DNA from: Macrostomum hystrix
Lineage: Eukaryota; Animalia; Platyhelminthes
Direction: 5' to 3'
DNA: 64,000 nucleotides
NCBI GenBank assembly: GCA_950097015.1
Contig: CATNEN010000038.1
Span: 3,596,001-3,660,000, forward strand
The notes below the pieces were generated by a model. The model worked only from the letters and a program-made list of their open reading frames with translations. It was not told the DNA's origin and did no database searches. Of this stretch, positions 22,134 through 34,494 are shown piece after piece. Both the position numbers and the translations under genes were made by a program. How positions within the stretch are numbered: position 1 is the first letter of the stretch; the number at the start of each line of letters is the position of its first letter.

Positions 22134-24750
22134 ATGTCCGGTTTCAATCCCAGCCAACCAACTGGCAGTCTGTTTGGTGCCAGCGGCGGCTCTGCCAGCT
22201 CGCCATTTGCTGGCTTCGGAGCTGCTTCAACAACTAGCGGAGGCCTCTCTGGCTTCAGTGGTTTCGGCTCTGGAGCTGCTGGCGGTGGCGGCGGCTCCGC
22301 TGCTCTGCCCAGCTTTGGCAGCTTCACAACCTCGTCTAGCACTGGAGCCAATCCGCCATCCTTTGGCGGGTTCGGCGGAATTGGATCAAGTGGGCTTGCA
22401 CCGACTGCGACCGCTGCTGCGCCTGCTCCTGCTGGCACCGCCTCATTCGCTGGCTTCGGTGCTCCTGCGGCTACGACTGCAGCTACAGCGGCGCCTTTCG
22501 GCTTCTCGTCAACAATTTCGAGCGCTCCGAGTGCTAGCGGCGCCACTTCGACATTTTCCGGATTCGGTTTGGCTTCGAATCCGCTTGCAGGCGGCTCCAC
22601 CACTCCTGCCACAACTACTTTGGCCTTCACTGGCTTCAGCACTCCGACTGCCTCAGCAACCACTGCGCCCTCAGGATCCGGCCTGGGCGGATTCGGATTG
22701 ACAGCTGGGTCGGCATCAACCACCACACCGGCCTTCACTGGTTTCAGCACACCATCGACTGCCGCGACCACCACCGCCTCGATTGGCTTCGGCGCTTCGA
22801 CTGCAACCACAACGACTGCTTCCGGATCTGGCTTGCCGGGTTTCGAATTCGCTGGCGGTGCCGCTCCTGCCACCACCACCGCCACCGCTTTCGCTGGCTT
22901 CGGCACACCGTCGACCACCACTGCGGCCACCGCGGCACCTACTGGATTCTCCGGCTTCGGCTCCGCAAATGCAGCTGGCGCCGCAGCCACCCCAACTACC
23001 ACTGCGGCCGGCCTGCCAACTTCATTCGGTCTAACAGGCGCTCCTAGCCTGTTGGGTGGCAGCGGAGCTAAGCCAAACACGGCCGGCACCACAGCCGGCA
23101 AGTCGGTGGGTTTCCAGCTGCCAACTACGGCCACCGCGGCGCCGTCCCTGACAGCGGCGCCATCGACCGCGGCAGGGGCTCCGGCTTCCACGGCGTCCAC
23201 TGCAGCCGGTGCCAGACAGGCTAGCTCTGGTAGCGGCTCCCTGACCTACCAGCAGCTTGAAGAGCTCGTCAACCAGTGGACCGCCGAGTTGGTAGATCAC
23301 GAGAGACAGTTTCTGGAGGAGGCGGCCCGCATCAACGCTTGGGATCGCTACTTGTTGGAGAATGGGAAGAAGGCAGGTGGCGCTGAATATATATTTCCCA
23401 ATTTGTTTATAGAATTAGGGATTCTGGATCTGTGATTCCATTTTCCCAATTCGTTTATAGAATTAGGGATTCTGGATCTGTGATTTGATTGTCCCAATTG
23501 GTTCGTAGACATGGAAGGCACAGAACTTTTCGTGTGAGTTCGTGTGAAATCCGGCTTCTTCTAACAATTCTACTGTTAGTAGGCACCTTAAAATATTCCC
23601 ACACTCAGTCAACTCATTCGAGCTGCAATGTCATTCTGCATGCAGATCTCCGAGCTGCAGGAGCAGGTGGACCGGGCCGGCTCAGACCAGGCCCGCCTAG
23701 ACCAGGAGCTGGAGTTCTTGGCCTCCCAGCAGCAAGAGTTGGAGGAGGCCCTGGCGCCTCTTGAGCAGGCGGTCCAGGCCATGCCGCCCACCGGCCAGTC
23801 GCAGGCCGATCGCGAGCGCGAGGCTCTGTTCAACCTGGCTGAGAGTCTGGACTCGGAGCTGCGCCACTCCGTGCAGGAGGTGCGAGAAGCCGTCGACTAT
23901 GTCAACAGTCAGCAGGCCGGCGGCGCCGGCGAGAGCACCGACTCCATGGCCAAGATTGGTAGGATTCTTGGTGCCCACCTGGAGTCGCTTCAGTGGATTA
24001 CACACACGACTCGTGAGTACTTTTGTATTGGCTGCTCTGTGCTCACACGGCCTGACCAACTCTGTAGCTTAAAAACAGTAGGATAGTAATCTCAACTCTG
24101 TACCTGCTTATAACTTATTTGCTTATTCTGTCGTTTATATCTCATTGGAATAATTCTGTAGTTAATAACCCTGTGGGATAATTCTGGACTTATTTATCCT
24201 TTGGGGATAATTCTGAACTTATTTATCCTTTGGGATAATTCTGTACTTATTTATCCTTTGTGATGCTTCAGTTCAGTACCTTTTTATCCTTTGGTATAAC
24301 TCTGTAGTTTATAATCCGCTGAGATAATTATACGATTGCCTGAATAGTAGGGTTGCAGCCTAGTGATTACAGCGTCGGACTCACTTACTTAACGGTCAGG
24401 GGTTCGTTTCCCGACTCCATTTGAAGAATTTTGTCATTTAGCAAGTCATTTAACTCTACACTGTTTCAGTTCGCCCAGTTATTAAATGGGTACGAGCATT
24501 AGCTGCGCTAATTAAGGGGTGGGTATGGCGTCCCCCCAGTCCATGGACTGGACAGCCGTACAAATAGGCATAGGAATAGGTACGAATACAGCCACAAGTC
24601 AGGCATTATTGTTCAGTTTAGCCTATCTGCTACATACGATTGGTTGACAATTGATTCATGTACCTATTGAAATGAATTGCAGAGTCGCTGCAGCGGAAGA
24701 TGGACTCTCTGTCTGAGGAGATCAAGCTGAAGCAGCACAGTTTCATCTAG
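22134..24750 (+). CDS. Nup62: Nucleoporin Nup62; exons 22134-23372, 23646-24012, 24683-24750
   Basis: FG/FxGF-rich N-terminus and Ala/Thr linker, then the Nsp1-type coiled coil LEELVNQW...NAWDRYLLENGKK|ISELQ...RLDQELEF...ILGAHLESLQWI...|SLQRKMD. Splice phases are consistent (GC-AG, then GT-AG). Confidence 0.93.
24349..24610 (+). mobile_element. tRNA-derived SINE with CORE-like central segment, in Nup62 intron 2
   Basis: A-box-like gcagcctagtgattacagcg and B-box ggttcgtttccc, followed by gcaagtcatttaactct...ttaaatgggtac. A related 3' fragment lies antisense at 45734-45811. Confidence 0.65.
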
Positions 24751-25195
24751 CTGCAGCTGCATGCGCGCATTTCGTTTGTCACTCATAATACGCGATCAAT
24801 TTTTTCAAGTTCGGTAGCAACTTATTACCACTTATTACTCCTGTAACTTGCATCATGTGTCTCGTGCGTGAAAAATTATGTGCCTTCTAAGGCGTGTTCG
24901 ATAAAATACACTTTTTTACAATTGCAAACAACTGCGTCATTGGTAATAATGTACTTTCGAATGTACAAGCTTGGCGTATGTCTTTGACCGATACCCGTTT
25001 TAATGAAAATGAGACGGTCCAGTTATTGCTCTGGAATTCGCTACTAATTCCTCCCCTGGGGAAAAAGCACGTAAGATATTTAAAAACCCACTGAATATAC
25101 TTCACGATCGATGGCTCCAAACCGAATGACCGATTTTGGTGAAAGTCAACCATATGGATTTCAATTTTTCGCCCCTTTCAATGAACTAACTTTCA

Positions 25196-25837
25196 AGGCC
25201 GTCCATATCAGCATCATTGAGGTATTCAGCGATTCTGTCGAGGCTGTCCAATGTCAGCATCATTGAGGTATTCAGCGATTCTGTCGAGGCTGTCCAATGT
25301 CAGCATCATTGAGGTATTCAGCGATTCTGTCGAGGCCGTCCAATGTCAGCATCATTGAGGTATTCAGCGATTCTGTCAAGGCCGCCCAATGTCAGCATCA
25401 TTGAGGTATTCAGCGATTCTCTCGAGGCCGTCCAATGTCAGCATCATTAAGGTATTCAGCGATTCTGTCGAGGCCGTCCATATCAGCATCATTGAGGTAT
25501 TCAGCGATTCTGTCGAGGCTGTCCAATGTCAGCATCATTGAGGTATTCAGCGATTCTGTCGAGGCCGTCCATATCAGCATCATTGAGGTATTCAGCGATT
25601 CTGTCGAGGCTGTCCAATGTCAGCATCATTGAGATATTCAGCGATTCTGTCGAGGCCGTCCAATGTCAGCATCATTGAGATATTCAGCGATTCTGTCGAG
25701 GCCGTCCAATGTCAGCATCATTGAGGTATTCAGCGATTCTGTCGAGGCCGTCCAATGTCAGCATCATTGAGGTATTCAGCGATTCTGTCGAGGCCGTCCA
25801 ATGTCAGCATCATTGAGGTATTCAGCGATTCTGTCGA
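25196..25837. repeat. 46-bp minisatellite (~14 copies)
   Basis: gtccaatgtcagcatcattgaggtattcagcgattctgtcgaggcc in tandem. Confidence 0.95.
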
Positions 25838-26399
25838 AGACCCTGTTGTCAAGGGCAACTGACATTGCTCTCTATAAACCTGTATGGGCTATGTTATTAT
25901 GGTATCTATAATAACAAAAAATATATAATAATGCCCTTCGTATAATAAATAATGACATAATAACTGCAATATAAAAAAACAAAAGTAAAGAAACGACATC
26001 GTTACATGATAAAATGTATGCCTATATTGGTGGCTTATTTGAAATTCTCGACAATGCCGATGTTTTGTGATTCCATAGAAGTTGTTTCAACGGAACGAGC
26101 GGAAAAGTTTCATGGCGACAGGATGAATATTTTAAGAGATACAGAAAAGTGTTTGTGTTTGACATACCCCCGTGGTGATAGGTTGCCACAACTTTGGCTT
26201 GCATTAGCATCTTTCGGAGCTCAGTCACAGCTGATGCAATTTAAAGATGAAGATGACACTTAACCAAGTTGGGCTAGATTTGCAACCCAGTGGCACTGAG
26301 ACATTCTGTGATTTGCATGTGATTTTGTGTTAACCCGGGTCTTAATTTATCCTGAATTTTATAGCTGAATTATAACTTATAATGACTGCAGCAGGAATA

Positions 26400-26790
26400 T
26401 AGGAATATGGGACAGAATGTGGGAAGATGGGACAGAATGTGGGAAGATGGGACAGAATATGGGAAGATGGGACAGAATGTGGGAAGATGGGACAGAATAT
26501 GGGAAGATGGGACAGAATGTGGGAAGATGGGACAGAATATGGGAAGATGGGACAGAATGTGGGAAGATGGGACAGAATGTGGGAAGATGGGACAGAATAT
26601 GGGAAGATGGGACAGAATGTGGGAAGATGGGACAGAATATGGGAAGATGGGACAGAATGTGGCAAGATGGGACAGAATATGGGAAGATGGGACAGAATGT
26701 GGGAAGATGGGACAGAATATGGGAAGATGGGACAGAATGTGGGAAGATGGGACAGAACGTAGGAAGATGGAACAAGATGTGGGAAAATGG
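26400..26790. repeat. 20-bp minisatellite
   Basis: gggaagatgggacagaat(g/a)t in tandem. Confidence 0.95.
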
Positions 26791-27924
26791 ACTGGGTGAG
26801 AGAAATGGTATTGAACTTGGGAAGATAAGACAGATTTCTCATCCATTCATCGTTTCGGCAAAACGGAGTATATTTTTAAGCTAATACAAGTAGACTAAAG
26901 GTGCATGAAATCTTCATTAACACAAGACTGTAAAAGGCATAATTCCATTATTTTGTCCTAATCAAGCGCAAAAGTACAATTAAATGCTGATATACATCAG
27001 ATACATGAGCATTACATGTTATTATAAAAAATAATACAAGGATTATTGACAGTCTCGCAAATGGTTTGAAAAATGTGGTTGCCTTTGGCATACTTTTCTC
27101 GAGTTTATTGAAGGACGGAAGCGATAATGGAGACGCATTTAGCGCATTGAAACCAATTATATTAGATTTATATTGTTCTTTGCATTGTCATTCTTCCTCG
27201 CAGAAAGTTTCTGGGCTTCTGGGGCCCGAGGCTGGGACAGATTGGAGGTTGGCGTCTCAATGCCATGGCAACAAAGCAGAGGCAGAGACTGCGGTCCGTC
27301 CCCGAGTGTCTCGTCAATGCTGAGGGAGGTGGGTGCCACGTGCTTGGCGCCTTCGCCTCTGTGCGGGGAGGAGGGGGTGGGTGAGTCGCTGCCACGTGCG
27401 GGGAGGGGGGTGGGTGCGGCAGCCCCACCAGGCTTCTCTTCTGCAGCTGCGAGGGCCGCCTCCATTCAACCTGCTGGTTTAATGGGGCCGAAGCCTCAGT
27501 CAGCTGCTGCGCATTGTGGCTTGGCCAGTTTGAACTGGCTCTAACCACACCCCACAGCCTGTCAAACTAATTCGCATTGTGCTTATCCACTTCAGCTTTT
27601 CATCGCTCGGCAATATCTTTCAAAGAATGCTTAAAGTGTGCTCAGAAGCCCCATTGAGCACAGAGTCTCTGGTAGGAAGCAGTGGCTTTCAAGACAATAG
27701 CTGGCTGTGTTAGGGACTGGGCAGACACAAATACTTTATCATTTTTAAGCTAGAAAAAAATTGACAAAATATTAGCAATATGCAGCTCATTTTGCAGCTC
27801 TAGCTAGCCAATTTATTTATTAGCACACCTGTTCACGTGATGGAATCCGATACTTTAATAGACAAGATTTCGGGTTTGGCTTGAGGATTGGCCTCGGGCT
27901 GATGGCAAGAATTTAGAATAGGAT

Positions 27925-28225
27925 TTAGGACAGGTTTTAGGACAGGGTTTAGGACAGGCTTTAGGACAGGCTTTAGGACAGGCTTTAGGACAGGCTTTCG
28001 GGCGGGGTTTAGGGCGGGGTTTAGGGCAGGGTTTAGGGCAGGGATTAGGTCAGGGATTAGGGTTTAGGGCAGGATTTAGGACAGGGTTTAGGACAGGGTT
28101 TAGGACAGGGTTTAGGGCAGGGTTTAGGTATAGACAGGGTTCAGGGCAGGCTTGAGGCATAGGGCAGGATTTAGGACAGGGTTCAGGGCAGGCTTGAGGC
28201 ATAGGGCAGGGTTTAGGGCAGGGTT
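27925..28225. repeat. Degenerate 12-bp (gggtttaggaca/gggtttagggca) repeat with TTAGGG-like cores
   Basis: Visible tandem repeat. Confidence 0.8.
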
Positions 28226-28448
28226 TATATAAGTGTAAAATGAAGGTATTGAACTCGTATTTTAGTATCCAGACTCGGGATCAACGTTGCTAGATCAGAG
28301 GAATCGAGTTCAGGATCGGGAATTTGCTCTAATTTCCAGCCTAGTCATCTAGACTCAGGAGGTTTTAGTCCCGTGGTTAGAGCTGCGATTTCTAATTAAT
28401 TACCACACAAATCAGCCACATTAGTCAATGGCTTTGGAGGGGTGGTTT

Positions 28449-29124
28449 CCATTCTCTGCCTCCATCTGCCATTCTCTCTGTCTCCATCTGCCATTCTCTC
28501 TGTCTCCATCTGCCATTCTCTCTGTCTCCATCTGCCATTCTCTCTGTCTCCATCTGCCATTCTCTCTGTCTCCATCTGCCATTCTCTCTGTCTCCATCTG
28601 CCATTCTCTCTGTCTCCATCTGCCATTATCTCTGTCTCCATCTGCCATTCTCTCTGTCTCCATCTGCCATTCTCTCTGCCTCCATCTGCCATTCTCTCTG
28701 CCTCCATCTGCCATTCTCTCTGTCTCCATCTGCCATTCTCTCTGTCTCCATCTGCCATTCTCTGTCTCCATCTGCCATTCTCTCTGTCTCCATCTGCCAT
28801 TCTCTCTGTCTCCATCTGCCATTCTCTGTCTCCATCTGCCACTCTCTCTGCCTCCATCTGCCACTCTCTCTGCCTCCATCTGCCATTCTCTCTGTCTCCA
28901 TCTGCCATTCTCTGTCTCCATCTGCCATTCTCTCTGTCTCCATCTGCCATTCTCTCTGTCTCCATCTGCCATTCTCTCTGTCTCCATCTGCCATTCTCTC
29001 TGTCTCCATCTGCCATTCTCTGCCTCCATCTGCCATTCTCTCTGCCTCCATCTGCCATTATCTCTGTCTCCATCTGCCACTCTCTCTGTCTCCATCTGCC
29101 ATTCTCTCTGTCTCCATCTCCCAT
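28449..29124. repeat. 22-bp pyrimidine-rich minisatellite
   Basis: ccattctctctgtctccatctg in tandem; the same family recurs at 33570-33783. Confidence 0.95.
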
Positions 29125-29997
29125 TCACAGCTAATCCAATCTGAGACCATTCTCAAATCGAGCAGTCAAAGCTGAGAATAGAGAGCAGAGGAGTGGAGTC
29201 TGTGAACAGCTGGAGCTGCAGCATCATGACATTGGAGGGAGGTGGGTGAGTCGCACAGGCCCATTGTGTCGATGAAGGCAGGCCCGAGCTGGAGTCTGCG
29301 AGGCAACGTGCGAGCGGCCGCGGCTGCCACGGGCTCAGCGCCTTCGCCTCCGAGCGGGGAGGGCCGTCAGGAGAGGCTGGGAATTGTACAGAATCTGCGG
29401 ACCATGCTTAGAGCCAGTGCACCCCAAACAATGTAGCCAGTTTAGCTCTGTCTCAGCTTCATTGTGTTGCTAAGGCCCTTCGTTTCAGTGAGCTCAGTGA
29501 CTCAACTGTGCTCAATTCGATGTCTGCTAATAAAATACTGCAGCTTTTTCTCGGCTTCTATGCCACAGAATGCACTGAGGGTGCTCAGAAGCCCCTAGAG
29601 CACAGGGTCTCTGGTAGGAAGCGGTGGCTCTCTAAACAATAGCTTTGAATGTTCTCAAACTCATAAAATACATAACTCATTCTCAGACCAACTCAGTTAG
29701 TGTGTCTCTTGCCCAGGCCGCAGTTTTAGAAGCTGTGACTGCTCATTGTGCTCAGAAAACCCTCAGCACAATGCCTCTGGATGGGAGTGGGGTGGCTGAC
29801 CCATTAGTTACAGCCTCTCTGATTATATTTGTGCTCAGACAGTGCCATGCTCAACTCGATGTGAGCAGAATCCAGTCTGCTTTTTGGTGGCTGACCTGCC
29901 CTCCCTCCAATGTTCTGAGGCTGCAAGTACAAAAGATATGGAGTGCTCAAACAAAGCTAATGGCTTTTCTCAGCTTTTCCGCTTTTCCGCTGACTGC

Positions 29998-30927
29998 TTT
30001 CTGTCTGCTTCTGTCCTCACCTCTGTCTGCTTCTGTCCTCACCTCTGTCTGTTTCTCCCCTCACCTGTGTCTGTTTCTCCCCTCACCTGTGTCTGTTTCT
30101 CTCCGCATCTCTGTATGTTTCTCCCCTCATCTGTGTCTGTTTCTCCCCTCACCTCTGTCTGTTTCTCCCCTCACCTATGTCTGTTTCTCTCCGCATCTCT
30201 GTCTGTTTCTCTCCGCATCTCTGTCTGTTTCTCCCCTCACCTGTGTCTGTTTCTCCCCTCACCTATGTCTGTTTCTCCCCTCACCTATGTCTGTTTCTCC
30301 CCTCATCTCTGTCTGTTTCTCCCCTCATCTGTGTCTGTTTCACCCCTCATCTCTGTCTGTTTCTCCCCTCACCTGTGTCTGTTTCTCCCCTCACCTCTGT
30401 CTGTTTCTCCCCTCACCTGTGTCTGTTTCTCCCCTCATCTCTGTCTGTTTCTCCCCTCATCTGTGTCTGTTTCTCTCCGCATCTCTGTCTTTTTCTCCCC
30501 TCACCTCTATCTGTTTCTCCCCTCACCTCTGTCTGTTTCTCCCCTCATCTCTGTCTGTTTCTCCCCTCACCTCTGTCTGTTTCTCCCCTCACCTCTGTCT
30601 GTTTCTCTCCTAACCTCTGTCTGTTTCTCCCCTCATCTCTGTCTGCTTCTGTCCTCACCTATGTCTTTTTCTCCCCTCACCTCTATCTTTTTCTCCCCTC
30701 ACCTCTGTCTGTTTCTCCCCTCATCTCTGTCTCTTTCTCTCCGCATCTCTGTCTGCTTCTGTCCTCAACTGTGTCTGTTTCTCCCCTCATCTCTGTCTGA
30801 TTCTGTCCTCACCTGTGTCTGTTGCTCCCCTCACCTCTGTCTGTTTCTCCCCTCACATCTGTCTGTTTCTCCCCTCACCTCTGTCTGTTTCTCTCCGCAT
30901 CTCTGTCTTTTTCTCCCCTCACATCTC
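29998..30927. repeat. 22-bp pyrimidine-rich minisatellite
   Basis: ctcccctcacctctgtctgttt in tandem. Confidence 0.93.
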
Positions 30928-31913
30928 AGAATTTAACTTTGCAATCCTGAAGCATGAGCACAGCATAGAGAATGTTGAGTCAGGCCTCAAAAAGCAGCTC
31001 AAAACAGTAGCTGAAGAGAGACAGAAAAATTTAACCAGCTGTGAGCAGAAATTGAAGCTGTAATTAACTTGAGCATACTCAGTATCTGGGCGCCAACCCA
31101 GCACAGCAATGAGACCCTCCCGCAGGTAAAAACGCAGCCAAAGGGCGCCAGTCAAGCGGGCCAGGCTGAGAGCTCGAGGCCGAGTGCAAAACTGCTCAAA
31201 CCTGCTGGAGGGAGGAGGTCGACATGCGGCCCTTGGCAACCGAGACCAACACGGGGACTGGAATGGACTGCGCGGAGACGAGAGTAGGGGAAGGCAGAGG
31301 CTGGATTGAGAATAGACTCCAGTCTGTCCAAAGCAACCAATGCTCAGCCAAACCTGCAGTCTATGAGCTTGTCTTGCATGCCAACCTGCCACTTATGCAC
31401 ATTTCAGCTATGCAAAGCAGATAAATGTGTTCTACTCGTATTTAAATCATCATCTTTACTCACAAGCGTTGCTAACAACAACAAAACTGCAGCCCACCCT
31501 GCTGGATGAAAATACTCACACAGAAACAGCAGACTTTGCATATTACGAGCTTCAAAAGGAAAGCATGCAAGATAAATTTACCATCTCAAAGTTAATCATT
31601 TGAATAAATATAAAAACACAAAGCAAATTCTTGCTGTAACATTGTTAAGAAGTGAGCATACATGTGGATTGGAAACTCATGTTGAATATCGCATTTAAGT
31701 TTGATAACAACAATATTCAAAGTGATATAATTACGAGTATATATTTTTATTAACAACTCGATACATTTCTGAATATATTTAAGCTGTGCTCAACTCATTG
31801 CCTGCTTGAGAATGCTTTTTCGGGAGGTAATTCAAAGGCTCTCCTGAACCGCATCTGAGGAGGCTGGGGTGGCTGCAGCTGAGACTGCTCACAGTGTGCT
31901 CAGAATTGCTCAG

Positions 31914-32662
31914 AATTCAGGATTGTGGAATCAGAGCCGTGGATTTAGGGTTGTGGATTCAGGGTTGCGGATTCAGGGCTGTGGATTCAGGGCTGTGGAT
32001 TCAGGGCTGTGGAGTCAGGGCTGTGGATTCAGGGCTGTGGATTCAGGGCTGTGGATTCAGGGCTGTGGATTCAGGGCTGTGGAGTCAGGGCTGTGGATTC
32101 AGGGCTGTGGAGTCAGGGCTGTGGATTCAGGGCTGTGGATTCAGGGCTGTGGATTCAGGGCTGTGGATTCAGGGCTGTGGAGTCAGGGCTGTGGATTCAG
32201 GGCTGTGGAGTCAGGGTTGCGGATTCAGGGCTGTGGATTCAGGGCTGTGGATTCAGGGCTGTGGAGTCAGGGCTGTGGATTCAGGGCTGTGGAGTCAGGG
32301 CTGTGGATTCAGGGCTGTGGATTCAGGGCTGTGGAGTCAGGGCTGTGGATTCAGGGCTGTGGAGTCAGGGCTGTGGATTCAGGCTGTGGATTCAGGGCGG
32401 TCGATTCAGGGCTGTGGATTCAGGGCTGTGGATTCAGGGCTGTGGATTCAGGGCTGTGGAGTCAGGGCTGTGGATTCAGGGCTGTGGATTCAGGGCGGTC
32501 GATTCAGGGCTGTGGATTCAGGGCTGTGGATTCAGGCTGTGGATTCAGGGCTGTGGAGCCAGGGCTGTGGATTCAGGGCTGTGGATTCAGGGCTGTGGAT
32601 TCAGGCTGTGGATTCAGGCTGTGGATTCAGGCTGTGGATTCAGGGCTGTGGATTCAGGGTTG
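31914..32662. repeat. 14-bp minisatellite
   Basis: ctgtggattcaggg in tandem. Confidence 0.95.
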
Positions 32663-33392
32663 TAAAATTTATTGAGGATTGTTACCCTCATCATAGCACA
32701 CACAGCATTCCTCAGCACTTAACAACTTTGGCTCAGGCAGGCAGGCAGTCTCCGACTGTTCTCAAACTCATAAAATCATGAACTCAGCAGCGGCCCATTC
32801 ATTCTTCTCAACCCATCTCAGCCTGCCTGTCTACTGCTAAGGCCGCAGTTTGAGAAGCTGTGAAGGCTCACTGTGCTCAGATAAACCCATCAGCACAATG
32901 CCTCAGTCTGGGAGTGGGGTGGCTGCCCCTTAGTTACAGCCTCTCAGGATAATTGTGTTCAGACAGTACCGTGCTCAACTCGATGCTGAGCAGAATCTGG
33001 CCTGCTTCACATCGGGCGGTGACCCCCTCCAGCCCTTAAAGTCGAGCACTCACAGCAGGGAATGAAGAGGACAGGAGGGGACAGAAGCGGAGAGACTGCG
33101 GTTCAGCCTCATCGGAGCGGAGGGAGGTGGGTGAGTTCCACAGGCCCATTGTGTCGGAGAAGGCAGGCCCGAGATGCCTTTGCCTTCGCCTCGGTGCTCG
33201 GAGGGGCCATCAGGAGAGGCTGCGGATTGTACAGCGGCGAGCCCTGCTCAGAGCGGAGGGCGGAGGGAGGGAGGGATGTGAGTACGGCAGTTCAGCTTGG
33301 CCCTGCAGTTTGAACTGGAATTTGCCGCACCCGCGGCCTCCCTAATTAACTGGCATTGTGCTCAGCTGCTGCTGTGCTCTACTCAATGTTAC

Positions 33393-33783
33393 CCTGCATC
33401 TCTGCTTCTCTGTCTGCATCTCCGCTTCTCTGTCTGCATCTCTGCTTCTCTGTCTGCATCTCCGCTTCTCTGTCTGCATCTCCGCTTCTCTGTCTGCATC
33501 TCCGCTTCTCTGTCTGCATCTCTGCTTCTCTGTCTGCATCTCCGCTTCTCTGTCTGCATCTCCGCTTCTCTGTCTCCATCTGCCATTCGCTCTGTCTCCA
33601 TCTGCCATTCTCTCTGTCTCCATCTGTCATTCTCTGTCTCCATCTGCCACTCTCTCTGTCTCCATCTGCCATTATCTCTGTCTCCATCTGCCATTATCTC
33701 TGCCTCCATCTGCCATTCTCTCTGTCTCCATCTGCCATTATCTCTGTCTCCATCTGCCATTATCTCTGTCTCCATCTCCCATT
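33393..33783. repeat. Compound minisatellite: 20-bp unit followed by the 22-bp unit
   Basis: ctgcatctccgcttctctgt array grading into a ccattctctctgtctccatctg array. Confidence 0.92.
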
Positions 33784-34494
33784 GGCTGCCTGATTTGCTC
33801 AAACCCTCGGCCTGATATGAGTGCTCAACTCACTAAAGATTCCCCCGCTTCTCCAATGGACTCTGTGGGGCTGGAGTGCTTGTTGCTATGGCAACTGACT
33901 CAAAAATGACGGATCAGGTTTGATAGGCTACTCGATTGCGCACATATTCAAAGGGATTTGGGAACGAGGGCTAGGATCAGGTTTTGGGATGACGCTTCGA
34001 TAATCCGGATTTGGATACCGAGCTTTATTATCGTTTCGGGATCAGATTTTCAGCCTTTGGTGGCCGTCACTTTTTGATGGAACAGGGTTGATTAGGGTTG
34101 GGAATCAGTGTTTGGGATCAGGGTTAGGGATCTGGGTTGGGGAACACTGACACAGTCTAACACAGACACAGTCTAACTCAAACATTCATCAATTCTTATA
34201 AATGACGATTTTTCCATGACATTTGTGGGCTGAAGTGCTTGTTTCTGTGGAAACAGAACCAGAGAAAGGCTGGTCCAAGATGTCTGGGTTTGAGGTCTGG
34301 ATTTTGGAAAATATTTATATTCTAATACGAGCTAGTAGGATTATGGGAAGGATTTAGGAAAATATTTTAGTATTCGAGATGAGACTCAGCATCTAGGTTT
34401 GGGATCTGATTAGTTAAGCCTCTTGAGTGTTAACTTTGGGATCACATGGTTTGCTCTTGGCATTGTGATTAACAGTGAAAATAAATTCAATTAG

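Noticed and set aside
22127-23200. 357-aa antisense ORF over Nup62
   Set aside because: It is a shadow of the GC-rich, low-complexity sense coding sequence.
27925-28225. Interstitial telomere
   Set aside because: It is a degenerate 12-bp unit, not a pure TTAGGG array.
26342-33909. Many long repetitive ORFs on both strands
   Set aside because: All are translations of 14-22-bp minisatellites whose periods are not multiples of 3.
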